From the NCBI GenBank assembly GCA_051362555.1, contig CM120642.1:9362001-9426000 (forward strand): 64,000 nt of DNA. The letters are read 5' to 3'. Position numbers and translations under genes: made by a program. Positions 1 through 19,614 of the stretch are shown in pieces. This stretch comes from Lingula anatina (Eukaryota; Animalia; Brachiopoda). Numbering within the stretch: the stretch's first letter is position 1; the number at the start of each line of letters is the position of its first letter. Under the pieces are notes generated by a model. That model had not been told where the DNA came from, searched no databases, and saw only the letters and a list, made by a program, of their open reading frames with translations.

Positions 1-1429
1 CTATTAATTTAATGCAATCTCTGTTGGCCAGTCTTATCCAGTTTCTTCTCCAAAAAGGACAACTCAAGTGAGAATTTCTTCAGGGCCTTTTCTTCTGCCT
101 TGCTAATGCCATGCCACTCAGAAAAGAGAGAAACCTGTAGGTTAGAAAAAAAAAAAACATAATAATAGCATTATGAACTACTAGTATCCATGTAGACATT
201 ATGGAATTATGCAGTGAAGTTTAATGTGTCTTGTTATGACTTGACTGAAATAATGTTCACCACATAAATGAACAATTTACAACTAAATTTATATAGAACA
301 TCAAGATTCATGATCACAAGCTAATAACCCCAAGAAATTGAAAGAAATTGTACTTATTACAAGAAATTTTTTTTAATCCGCCCTGGTCCCTACTCTTCTG
401 ACAGGACAAAAAGGGGATTTCAGAGAGGCTGGTTGCTAAAAGGAAAATGCCCAAGGTTGTTGTATTTTGAAAAAAAAATTAAAAAGGGTACTGTTGTTAG
501 TGAATGTTTAATGCATTATGACAAAAGTAACTTACCCCAGACACACTGACCTCCTTTTTTCATTGACATATTTTAATTTTTTCCAGCCTGACCATAATTC
601 ATATATTCAATGCAGCCTTCTCCCATATCTATAATAGAAAAAAAAAACTTGAGTAGTGTTAAGATATGCATGTCAAATTCATTATCAATTTTGAGAGAAT
701 TTTTGTTTCAACACTACAAGATGAAATATTTAATTTCAAGTAATGAATAAACCTTAACAGAGTTCTATTCTTTTGTAACCACCAAGGCAAAGCTTCTTTC
801 TTAAAATGAACTGAAACATCCAAGCTTGCCACCTAACATGCCAAAGTAGTGAAGTATAATTTAAGTAGAGAAGCAAGTACCCCTTAATTATAGAGGTGTC
901 TTACACAATAAGGTGTGTCTTACACACCTCGACTCAAAGAGAGAGGTGTAGTGAGATAACAGGTAAAGTAATTGGTGGAGCCTAGGTGAACTTAAAACCT
1001 TAAGACTTTAAATTAAGAAGCACCAGGATTCATGTGTGTTCTTTTTTCAAAGGTTTAATATGAATTAAAACGTATATATATAAGAAGAAGACTAAATAAG
1101 TTAAAAATAACTATACCAAAGACACTGTGAAGTCAAACTTCCTGTTAGACCGCCATGATGGAAAATGCTGGGTGGAGGCAAAATTTTCCAGTCAAAAAAA
1201 CTGAGCACTTTACTTTAACAACAAAGTTACCACTCCAAAGCCACCCACCATGGTGAGAAGAAAAATGATGACCAACTGTCATGATAAGTCTTTTTAGATT
1301 TAGACATGAAAAAGGTAAAGGCCAAAATGGTACATTTACCCATAACACTAGAGTAAAAAATTGGTATTCTGAACAAATCAGGTTATTTTTTTCAAGAAAT
1401 ATTGGAGCAGCATCCATGCAATATATACC

Positions 1430-2315
1430 ACGCCACGACCAAGATGTTCAAGAATCTAAACACACCAATTTTTTTTATAATCTTGCATTTGAAAAGTACA
1501 AAAAGCGGTAAGGCTTTTGGCCGTAACAAGCGTAACACTTTTTGATCGGAACTCATGAAAATTGTCAATTGTCGTATCCAAGCTAGACCACATGTAAAAT
1601 CGCAAAAAAAAACAATACTGCTCAAGCAAGTGTGTTGCACACATAACAATTAGTTAAATTTTATGACTGTCATGTGACACAAGTTTCAAAAAGTAGGAGG
1701 AAAATGTCTTTTGGAGTAATTTTTTTTCGAAATATTAACAAGATGGCGGCTTAAGCATCTGCTTGTTATTCGGCTACTGAAAGTGCACCTAAGTTTTATT
1801 CTTTGCTATTGCCACAAATTTCTTAACAATTGCAACTGTATAAAGACCAAACTTTCTTCATCTGATACTATATTTATAGGCACTTGTTATGAGTGGGAAA
1901 TATTTTTCGTGCAATATTTATTCTCCACACACCACCTCGCGAGATCAACGTGTAGCTGGACACTTACACAGTGAGACCCTACGACATAAAAGTTGCAATT
2001 TATCTTCATATTTCGTGTAGTTATGCATTTAAAAGCACTTACCTGTTTTTTGAAAACCTTGTCCAACGTAATATCATATAAATTCTGTATTTCTCTCATT
2101 TTGTAGAAACTTGGGACTCCGTTTCTGTTTCTGTCCTCAAAAATCAACAGACGAAGGCACAGATACTAACAAACGAGATTTAAACGAGAGCAACAATTAA
2201 GCGTAACAGAGATAGGCATCCATTGTTCTCTGGGTTCTATTCATTCCGACCAATGAGAGACCGTAATACGGGCTCCGCCCCCACGCGTGTAATCTCCTTC
2301 TGTTATAACTCCTTG
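1430..2315 (-). mobile_element. Truncated non-autonomous DNA transposon with a P-like terminus in a GTF3C5 intron (left boundary approximate)
   Basis: Ends in GTTATAACTCCTTG (reads CAAGGAGTTATAAC on -). The segment is CpG-richer than its flanks and carries promoter-like motifs (CAAGATGGCGGC, CCAAT, CCGCCC). The partner terminus was not found. Confidence 0.4.
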
Positions 2316-2499
2316 ATAGATTGAAAGTAACGTTTTATTTGGGTGTTTTGTGAACTTAAATTTAAGTTAAAAAGTTAGTCATGTAATTAAATTGCTGTCC
2401 TCATTATGTAAAATTTTCATAAAAGGTCCAGTGCATCAAGTGAAAAGTACTGTAAAAATATCATTAATTCTTGCTTAAAATAGTCTATGCTTTCTGTAG

Positions 2500-5400
2500 G
2501 TCAAGCAGACATCCAGTTTCTACCAATGCAGAAAACTGATGATGGAAGCTACAAGTCTCTCATTCCTGATATCATGATCACCAAACCTGTGCCTTCCTCT
2601 GAATTGCTACAAAAAGAAGGCATTCCAATGTTTTTACCACCGCAAGTCTTCAGTCGCCTAGATCAGCCTACAGATTACTATTACAGACAGAAACAGAAGA
2701 AGACTGATTTAGAGTTTCATGATGCAATAGAAAAGAAAGATATTATTGGTGTTGGTAAGTGCTTCTTTTGATTTTAAAATTGGCGTCCTTCTGTCAGTTT
2801 TCTCATAACCTAAAAGCACCTAAAAGCAGGTTTTGGAAGCACAGTACCGTAAGTTGTCTTTGCTTGTCTAGATTGTTAATATTAGGAGAGATGAAAATAC
2901 ACTAAGTGATGCTGATGTTGTATTTAAATAATATGTTAGTTTGTAGACATGTTTTAAATAATGATCATTCTGGCAAAAATTTAAGTTCTAAATATTTATG
3001 GAGTTTGATTAAAAGAAATAAATGAATGTTTTTTTCTTTTTTTCATCCACCAGTTCATGATAGATTGTATTTTAATAAAATATTTTAACATACTGGTTGA
3101 ATTAATAATGCTTTGAATATATTTCCATCAGTCAGGCAGCACAGATTTATTATCAATTAAGGCTTAGCTTTACCCATTTAACTTCTACATGTAGCAAGGA
3201 AAAGAAGGATAGCCTACACCATCTTTAAGAGCTATCATGATCCAATACCCACAGAGCCGATGGCAGGGATAGAGAAAACTGAACCCATTATCAAGCTGGG
3301 TCTAACTGACCTGCTGGAGAAAGTAAAAGAGGTAATATCAATAAAAACTACTTAAAAGTAAAAGATGCTTTTTATTCATTTATTACTTTTCAGCAAGATG
3401 CCTTATATTTTTATAGCAAAAGTCCCCTGGTAGCAGTTTTTATCAAGATATCTTAAAACTAAAGAATAAGAGCATAGATTTAAGATTGTTAAATTTTGGA
3501 CATTCAGCATGCAGTGGGCAGATATAAAAGTGGAATTGAAAAATGTGAGAGGCCATAGAAATATATTATGACTTGTGATATTTTAAGAGAGACTTTACTA
3601 TTTGACATTTACATATTCAGATGTTTACCACAGACCGTGTAATTTGGTCGAAAAGTGCGATTTCACATCACTTGTATGGGGTTCCACATGCACATCGCCG
3701 TCTCAAGCATGTGCTGCCGCGTGTGGCATACTACATCACGACAGGACCCTGGCGCAGCTTGTGGGTCAAATTGGGGTTCGATCCCAGGAAGGACCCCAAT
3801 GCTCGTCATTTTCAGATGGTGGATTTCAGGGTGCGCCAGGGAATATGTAAGTATGGGCCATTCAGAATAGATGATCTGAGTACTAACTGATCTGCCGACT
3901 AAATATGGCTGACCCCACTTCAGAAGCGTTGCTGTTAATCCTGTGATTCATTTAATTGAACAATTTTCTTTTATTTAAATAGTTCTTACTCTTTCCTGAT
4001 TCTCTTGGTATTTGACACTATACATCTGCTTGAAGATGCTGTTTTTCTCAACTAAGAGAAATATTGAATCTCATCTTTTGACACACATTCATTATGGATT
4101 TTTCATAGAAAATGTAAAGTGTAACTTTTCAGAGATTATCTGTTGAGAAGTCACTTTTCTCTCCAGCAAAACTCATATTCTTACATCATCTCTTTTATGA
4201 ATGGTTAGCTGACAATACTTTCAGATGTGAAGAATCCATCACTCGTGCATAAGAGAAGTTCAATGAACTATAAGCTGCTGACCAGTGTATCTAAAACAAA
4301 ACCCCAGGCCTCTACAATACAGGTCTCTGATACTGCAGGGGAGGATATGCAAGAAGCTTACAGGGTGGGTATAATTGGATGAAAAGATGTACACAGCTGA
4401 TTATTAGCACACTTTGACTGACAACGTATGGACTGGTAACTGTTGTGATTGTGTCCAAGACCAAGTTAAATGTAAGAAAAATGTGTAGAGATTAATTCCA
4501 TTCTGCATAGCCTGTAGGAAAATGATGGCTTGGCATTAAGTACGTAATGTGATGCAGTGTCTCTCTATTAGACCCTACAAATACTGTCCAAGGGGAAAGT
4601 CAGTCGTTTAAAGTGAAACAAATATGTTGTATGCAAAATAGCACTGCACATCCCTGTCATGGAATTGTTACACGTAAAAAGGTGCAAGTATGGAACCAAA
4701 GTTGTCAATTAATTTCTTTATTCTGAGTGGATGAACTATTTGATGAATTGTGTCCCCAGTTGTTATGTTTGTGTGTGTAGCTTATCCTTGCTTAGAATAT
4801 GAAGCTTATCCTCTTGTTTCAGAATGAGAATGTGTGCAAGATCCGTCCAGGGATTATACCTCCCTATCATCAGATGTTCTATCAGGTGTGTGATATCGAG
4901 GTGAAAGCAGTGCAGGATCTGTTGAAAGTCAACATCTCGGAAGTAAGTATTAGACAGTATTAAAGCAGATTAATTATTGAAGCATTTCCAACATCTCACT
5001 TATTACCAAACATTTTGTATTGTTTTGAAAGAATCAAAATACTTAATAAAAAAGCAAAAATAAGTAAGAAGTAAATAAATGAATATTAAATCAATATCTT
5101 ATAGGTTTGCACAGAACGTGATGGCTGGTTTACGGAGGGAACAATAGATGAAGTGCGTGACCTGCTCAATGATTGTGTCAAGCAATCATTCCAAGAATGG
5201 CAGAAAAAGAATCCCACAGCTGCTGGTAATGGTATAAATATTTCTTTTTACTGGCTTCATCTTGTGTCATGTTCACAAGCATTTTTTTTTTTAGGAAAAG
5301 TATTTAAAGAGATAACAACTGTTCATTTTGGCCAAAAAATGAATTTTCCTGGGGTAAAGCGCAATTTTCCCATACTTGCCAATGGCTAATGAATCCATTC

Positions 5401-5987
5401 CCACATTCAAAGTTAGTCCCTGGTTTTTTTCTAAAAAGTTTGATTTTTTGTTGTATTCTCTTAAGAGATTATTACAGAGTGTAGCCATCTATGGAGGTCA
5501 CATGATATGATGGCAAGCACAAATTCATGAATAATTGCATTAAATGCTGTTTTGGTGGTAAAATAGAATTTATTATATTTCTATGAGTTGTTTACAATGT
5601 ATATATTGTGAAATATGGATATCTTACGAACAGATGTTATCCCTTTAAACATATCTGCAATGATCCCAGTTGCGTTTTGTTTACAGTTTGCTTCAGTTCA
5701 ATGAGAACAATTACAAAGAGTGCTGCTTGCTAAGAATTTTTTCAATGACCATCATTGAATAATGAATTAATATATGTAGAAGTAACGGTGTTTTTTATTC
5801 AAATTCAGATGACACCACAGATTTCAATTCAAGCCAGTTAGAAGACGAAGACTTTGCGAATGAAAGTCAAGACATTCAGGGAATGGAGGAGGAATACGAA
5901 GAAGAGGATATGGACAGAGATATTAGTGAAACTGAATTAATGGATTTATTAGAACATGGGACCCAAGACAACATAGGTGATGGATGA
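2500..5987 (+). CDS. GTF3C5: General transcription factor IIIC subunit 5 (TFIIIC63/tau95), 3' seven coding exons; 5' exons lie upstream of the window
   Basis: Phase-consistent GT-AG exons 2500-2754, 3195-3331, 3621-3846, 4225-4364, 4823-4942, 5105-5225, 5809-5987 (TGA). Motifs FLPPQVFSRLDQPTDYYYR, AYYITTGPWRSLWVKLGFDPRKDP, PPYHQMFYQVCD, CTERDGW and acidic tail ETELMD match GTF3C5 as recalled. AATAAA at 6075-6080. Confidence 0.95.
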
Positions 5988-6776
5988 TGGCAGTCTTTTG
6001 ATGAAATGTTAAAGATACAAAGAGTTGAATGTATGGTAGCTGTTGTTTGTGCTCATCGACATCATTATATGTAGAATAAAGCATATGAACTTATTTTTCA
6101 GATGTTCAGTGTTTTCATTCTGATTACTTAATCAATTCATAAAAGCTCTGTTCATGCAATCATTATCCACACTCAACAGTCCTTTTAACTTTTATTAATT
6201 TATCTGAATCGCATATTAATTTGGCAGTATGTAATAACCATAATCTCTCTCCCTCCCTAGTAATGCCATGTTGTATTACAACTATAACGAGCACTTGTCA
6301 ATTTGTTTTAATTTTTGTTTTTTCTCTGATCTCTCAAAGGCCTGGTACTGCATCAATAATCAAATTAAGAGTAAGAAAATAATAAAAGGGAAAAACTGAC
6401 AAGATTATAAGCATAGTATTTTACGATATCAAATTGTGTCTACAAGGGGTTGTTTTTTGTCCAAACCTAAAATTTCACAGCTTCCATAGAAGTAAAAACA
6501 CCAGCAAAAACACTTGACACTATTGTGAAACATTTACAAAAAAGTTTTCTTAACTGTAGAAATAAATCTCCAAATTACATATTTGCCCTAATGAAAACTA
6601 CAAATCCATACTGCAAAAAGATTGCTCATTCTTCTTTCACTGGCCAATAATACTAAAATGACCTCAACCAAATGATATTATTTCCAGATGTCATAACTTA
6701 TCTAAATCATGTTCTGCAGCAGTTTTTAAGTCTTATAGTCCTGCAAAAAAATTCATTCCAAGACTGAACACATGGT

Positions 6777-9565
6777 CTATTTTCCATACTGTGGGGCAGT
6801 GCCAAATATTCCACCTCCCTGCTTGTTGGCTGCTCTAGAGGGTGCAAATCCCAGCAGTTTCTGAATATTCTGAAATAACAAGATACGTCTTAATGTACCA
6901 AATGCATCTGCTTAAATAAATAATGAAGTAACACACATTTGAAGAGGAATATTTTACGAATGCATTGGTACAATGAAATAATGTTTTAAAGGTATCTTTA
7001 TCAATATCCCATGACCATAATAAGCCCCAGTTTTGCATTTACTTGTTGTGTTAAGTGAAAGAAAATGTGCATAAATGCAGGTAATGTATGTATAAATATC
7101 AAAATTTATTACAAAAATGTATGTATGTTTAACAAAGGTCTTACTATAATGTTATTACTTATATTATGCACTGTTAGGAGAAAAAAAAAGTTCTTATAAC
7201 AGTTAAAAATACTGTCATACGATATTCCAACCTTTCTATTATTAAAAGAATTGAACCCCTCAGACTTGTTTTAATTTACAGAAAATCTGATATGTTTCAA
7301 ATTATCTGTCTTACTTAAAGGCTGTTAAAATAAAGATGGAATCAGTAAAAGCCATTATAACCCATCACACTTTGTTTTTGCTATGTTCATGGGGTTATTA
7401 TTATCAAAACATCACCTGTACCTGTCTAATGGACATAGTTGACACAATGTACAGGAAGATGAAAGAGCAGTCAGAGTAGTCATCTCCAGCTAAGTTCCTG
7501 TGGGAAATTCCCTGAAGCCAGGTTATAGGTATAAATGGAAGCTTGGCCACCACTCGCCCATCAAATCTGAATGAAAAAAAAAATCACTTTGCATCAAGTT
7601 ATTATCATACCTATAAACAATACTTGAATGGGATTACAATGAAATACAGGACAGCAACCTTATAATAATTATTGCATTTTCTGCTTAATCTTAGATAGAG
7701 ATCTATACATGATCATTATTGAATACAGAAGTGAACAACAAAATTATCATCTCCATCACTATTCACTGTATCTAGCCAAATAGCTTGATAACTTCTAAAC
7801 TTGTGTAAGTCATACAGTAAGGAGCCATCCTTTTAACATCATTTTTACAAGTTAGCAAATTAGAAGCAATTTCTTTGCTCCACAAAACTAGGACTTACAT
7901 TGAATTGAACATGCTGAGCAAGGCTGTGAAAGCAAAACCAATGGCAAACATAGATTTCATCTTCACCTAAAAGATTGCAACAAAAGATATTCGATGCACT
8001 AAAACTAAATCAATGGTTCTGTTCTTTCTGTAATTTTTCATGCAAACCATTTTTAAACATTTTGCTTATCATTCAGAATTTTTAATTTTCAACTATCATG
8101 TTGTTCATTAAAAGTGCTTTAAAATTTCAGTCTGCAAGTTAAATACAATTAATTACTCATAACAATTTCTACAATCAGATATGATCTAAACATAAAGAGC
8201 ATTACCATGGATAAATCTCTGTTGTTGTTCTTTAATTTTTCTTCTTGTCTTTCTGTAAAGAAAGAATCAATCATTCACAAGTATCCATAATCATTCATAA
8301 GGTGAATAACAGAAGCATATTTTATTGACTATAGAGGTTGATTTTGCTACAAACAGATAATAAAATGTTTTATAGACAACATTCATACTAAAATAATAAA
8401 TGAAGAGATTTCCTTTGTTTTCTGCATTATTGATATCAAAATATGTTCTTATATCTTGGAATAGTGATTAAAAAAAATCTCAATTTAAGCAGTTCAAGTG
8501 AGTCAAAAGATTTATTGCCCTAAAAGATTAACTAGTAAACTAATAACTTACCTATTTTTTTCTTTTGGCTTCTGTCTGCTTCATTGCTATATTCTTTTGT
8601 CTTTTCCACTGGAATGAAAATGAAACAGGGGTATGTAAATAATACATAAGCACATTTAAAAGCCTATGTATGTACAGCAACTTATCTTATGTGTTTCTTT
8701 ATCCTGATTGAGACATATGCAATTAAAAATAAGAACAAAAACTGTTCATAATTATGTTTTCTTTATACTTACTGAAATGAGAAATAAGAACGAAATGCTG
8801 TGAAAAATACGAAAAGATACTTGCTGGGAATTTTCATTAAAATAAAATTCAATGTTGTCAAATTATCTTGAGTTTTTCTTTTACTTACATTTCTTACTTG
8901 CTTTTTCCACCTCTACTTTTAATCTTTTGTAATATTCTGTACGGTACACTAATAACCATGTTAGCCCTGTAAAAAAGAGGTACCTGTAGGCTGTAAACAC
9001 TAAAACAGTGCAATTTTATTCCACTACAAAGCACAATGGAAAGGGTATCAAATGTGTAGTTTAAAAGTCTCTAACCAACACAGTAAACTAACTTTAGAAA
9101 GTATCAATATCAATAGTATCGACATATTTTATAATAATTATTATTATTAATTTTCATTGCGTCCAGTGAAAAAATTACCGGTAATTTTAACTGAACGGCA
9201 AAGCCACTTTGAATTTCGGTTGATTTTACATAAGGTGACGCTTGAAAATCTTTGAAATGTGCAGATCAATAACAAACACAATTTTTTTTCCTCGACAAGT
9301 ACAAACCAAGAACTTTCAAGCTGATAACTTTTCAATGCTAAATCATAGTATATGCCACTGCGTTCAATCACAGACGGTATAAAAAGGCGAAGGCACACGG
9401 TTACTCGATAAAAGTTGAGAAAAAGTATACCTTATTAACACATACCATCAATCACATGTAGTGTATATAGGTGCATTCGGTATCGATAAACAAACAAAAC
9501 ATACCTTCGCCCATAAGAGCTGTGCAAATGGAAATTATCACTATCAAAATCGTGTCTGCCAACAT
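6777..9565 (-). CDS. TMCO1: TMCO1, ER membrane Oxa1-superfamily protein (GEL complex / calcium load-activated channel), 182 aa, 7 exons
   Basis: Exons 9565-9505, 8966-8889, 8608-8552, 8252-8206, 7966-7899, 7566-7422, 6869-6777 (549 nt). They translate to MLADTILIVIISICTALMGEGLTWLLVYRT...ERQEEKLKNNNRDLSMVKMKSMFAIGF...FDGRVVAKLPF...HRNLAGDDYSDCSFIFLY...MSIRQNIQKLLGFAPSRAA, nearly colinear with human TMCO1. Confidence 0.97.
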
Positions 9566-9819
9566 CCTGACCGGAAGTAAAATCGCCAGCCGTAATCGGC
9601 AGTAAATGATAAAGAAAAGCAAATGATTTATAATTTCATCAATGATGGCATTAGTCAGTTCAGAACTTTTCATTATAAATAACAACATAATTCATTTATT
9701 CTGAAAGTTGTTAAATGGAACGAGCAATGGAAACGATGGAACGAGATAATGCAGTGTTTCCGGTAAACATTTAACCAATCACGTCTCAACACACATGTTA
9801 CTGCATACATCAATCACAA
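9566..9819. promoter_or_regulatory. Putative bidirectional promoter shared by TMCO1 and the FERM-like gene
   Basis: The divergent ATGs (9565 on -, 9820 on +) are separated by 254 bp. ETS-type CCGGAAGT at 9571-9578, TTTCCGG near 9757, CCAAT at 9775-9779; locally CpG-richer by eye. Confidence 0.7.
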
Positions 9820-17393
<7,574 letters not shown>

Positions 17394-18862
17394 ATAAAGA
17401 TTTACTGGAATTTTTACCCATTCTTAAACATACAGCATTTCTGTCACCAGTGCAGTAAAGAATACTGCTCGTCTTTGTAGCATGAGGAAGATACAGATTT
17501 ACCCTATATCTTTTTTGCAACTTCAGCATTCAATCGCTCAGGTTTTTGTATGTACAGATATACATATAATATGAGAGAATGAAGTTTTATATTATATTTA
17601 GCTTTTCATCTTTGCTTACTGTGATACATGTGGATAAGTTCTGAGGATGTGATAATTGATTTAACAAATAATAAATTTAAATAATACATGATATACTTTA
17701 CATGTACACCCTATTTTTCTATTGTCTCTAAGAAAAATATGGAATTTCAAAGCAATCAAACAACTTGTATACATCTAACCTAGTCAGTATTATGGATACT
17801 TATGCTGTTTTCAGTCATTATCTTTATTGTTGAAAGACGTCAATTGTTTCTTTCATTTTTATAAACCAATTAGTTGTTACAGTATCCACATGTATATTTT
17901 ATAAAATGCCCTTGTGTCATTTATTATTGTATTCACCTATTTTGCTGTACTATAAATTGTTCTCTGCTTTTATACAGAGATATTCTCAAGATGTTAAACA
18001 AAAGCACTGTTGATGCCTTACCAAAAAATATTATTAGCAAGCATTTAGTGTACTTGAAGAATTGAATTTAAAAAAAATGAAGTAAACTTATAAATTAGTC
18101 AACACAAGAATATTTTCATACTCAGTATGTTTTAATCTCCTAACGTGTATTTTGACAACATAACTGTGATTCGTGAAACATTAAGATCAATAGATATTAT
18201 GATTTAACATTACTTATATTGCCACTCTCCAATTTTTTATATGACAAACTGTCTGCTTTGCCTTTGATATTTTTCACTCTTCAATTTTATCTATGATCTG
18301 AATTGTGAAATGCTGTGGTAATGCCCATCACAGTAAAATGCCATTTATACTGAGTAATCTGTGTGATCATCTGATTGATTACCACTACTGCATTATAAAG
18401 AATTGAGAAACTGATATTTGAATGTTTTGTCTAATAAGTAGTCCCAGATGTAAAACCAGGGTAAATGTCGGGACTTTGAAGGTGCATATAAAAGAATAAA
18501 TTAAGTGGACTGATGAAAAAGGACCCATAAAGCACAGTGTATTGGTACATGATTTACTGTACGCTGTATGTTTGAAACATCTTGTGACGTTGAATGAAAA
18601 ATTATAAGATGGTTTGGTGAGAAGTAACAGTGCATATATATTGTATCACAGGGTATGTCATTAATGCACTGTTGTGTATTATATAAATTCTTGTACATAC
18701 TTGTATAATGTACTAAACTACATGTGTATGGTTTGGTAACGGAATGTGTAGTATACCATTTAAACACAGGCATTTCTTAAGTGATAACATATAAAGCAAT
18801 AAACTGTGTAAATTGTTGAGAAATACTAGTTCTTGTACACCACAAAGTGTATCTCTATATAT

Positions 18863-18896
18863 GTTTTATCAAGGAGTTATAACTCCTTGGTTTAAT
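18863..18896. mobile_element. Probable P-superfamily transposon excision footprint
   Basis: Perfect 20-bp palindrome CAAGGAGTTATAACTCCTTG (18870-18889) flanked by a near-identical 7-bp direct repeat GTTTTAT / GTTTAAT; the same terminal sequence occurs at 2302-2315. Confidence 0.6.
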
Positions 18897-19199
18897 GCAA
18901 ATCTGTTTTATTGTATCAGCAACAGGGTCAATATTTTCTCAACATATGCCAACTTGTTTGGAATTTGTTATTGTTTTTCTCTTTAAAAGCAATAAAATTC
19001 TATCAACATTGTAAATGTGTTGCTCTTTCTAAAGAATATTAATCAGGAAACATCTGAAATGTTTTGAATTTAATAATATATATTTGTCTTGAAATATAAA
19101 TTGATAAATCTAAAATTACTTGTAAAGATAAATCGACAGTACTTGTTTCCCAGTGAAAGTGTAAGTGAAAAATAATAGAAAATAATAGTAATGAAGAAA

Positions 19200-19614
19200 A
19201 AAGCTCTATTCTAAGCGGTATTGTGCGAGGCCCGTGGAATACTCGGAAGTAAATCTTTCAGTCTGAGATTGGTCTTACAAGGCACGACTGGTCTTACAAG
19301 GCACGCCTCTTTATATGAGCGAGCTTTTCATTTTATACTCTCAAAACCTAATTACAAAACTAATTACAAAAAACTCACTAAGGAGTTATTATCAAAACCA
19401 AAATACTCTTAATGTGTGATATACAAAAGAATATATTTGCTCTTGCTACTAAAGGGTCTTTAATTCTCATAAATTATATCATTATATGATAATAGCATTG
19501 AGGGTATTTTAAAGATGTCAGCCTCCATCAGTTACCACAATTTTTGCACCGTCGACACTTTTAAGCTATTTAATTCCATGGCAGCATGTTCGATGTAAAG
19601 AGTAATTGCTAGCC
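19200..19614 (+). promoter_or_regulatory. Putative RPAP2 promoter / 5' region
   Basis: CpG-richer patch upstream of ATG 19615; ETS-like CGGAAGT at ~19244; 17-bp direct repeat TGGTCTTACAAGGCACG at 19270 and 19289. Confidence 0.45.
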
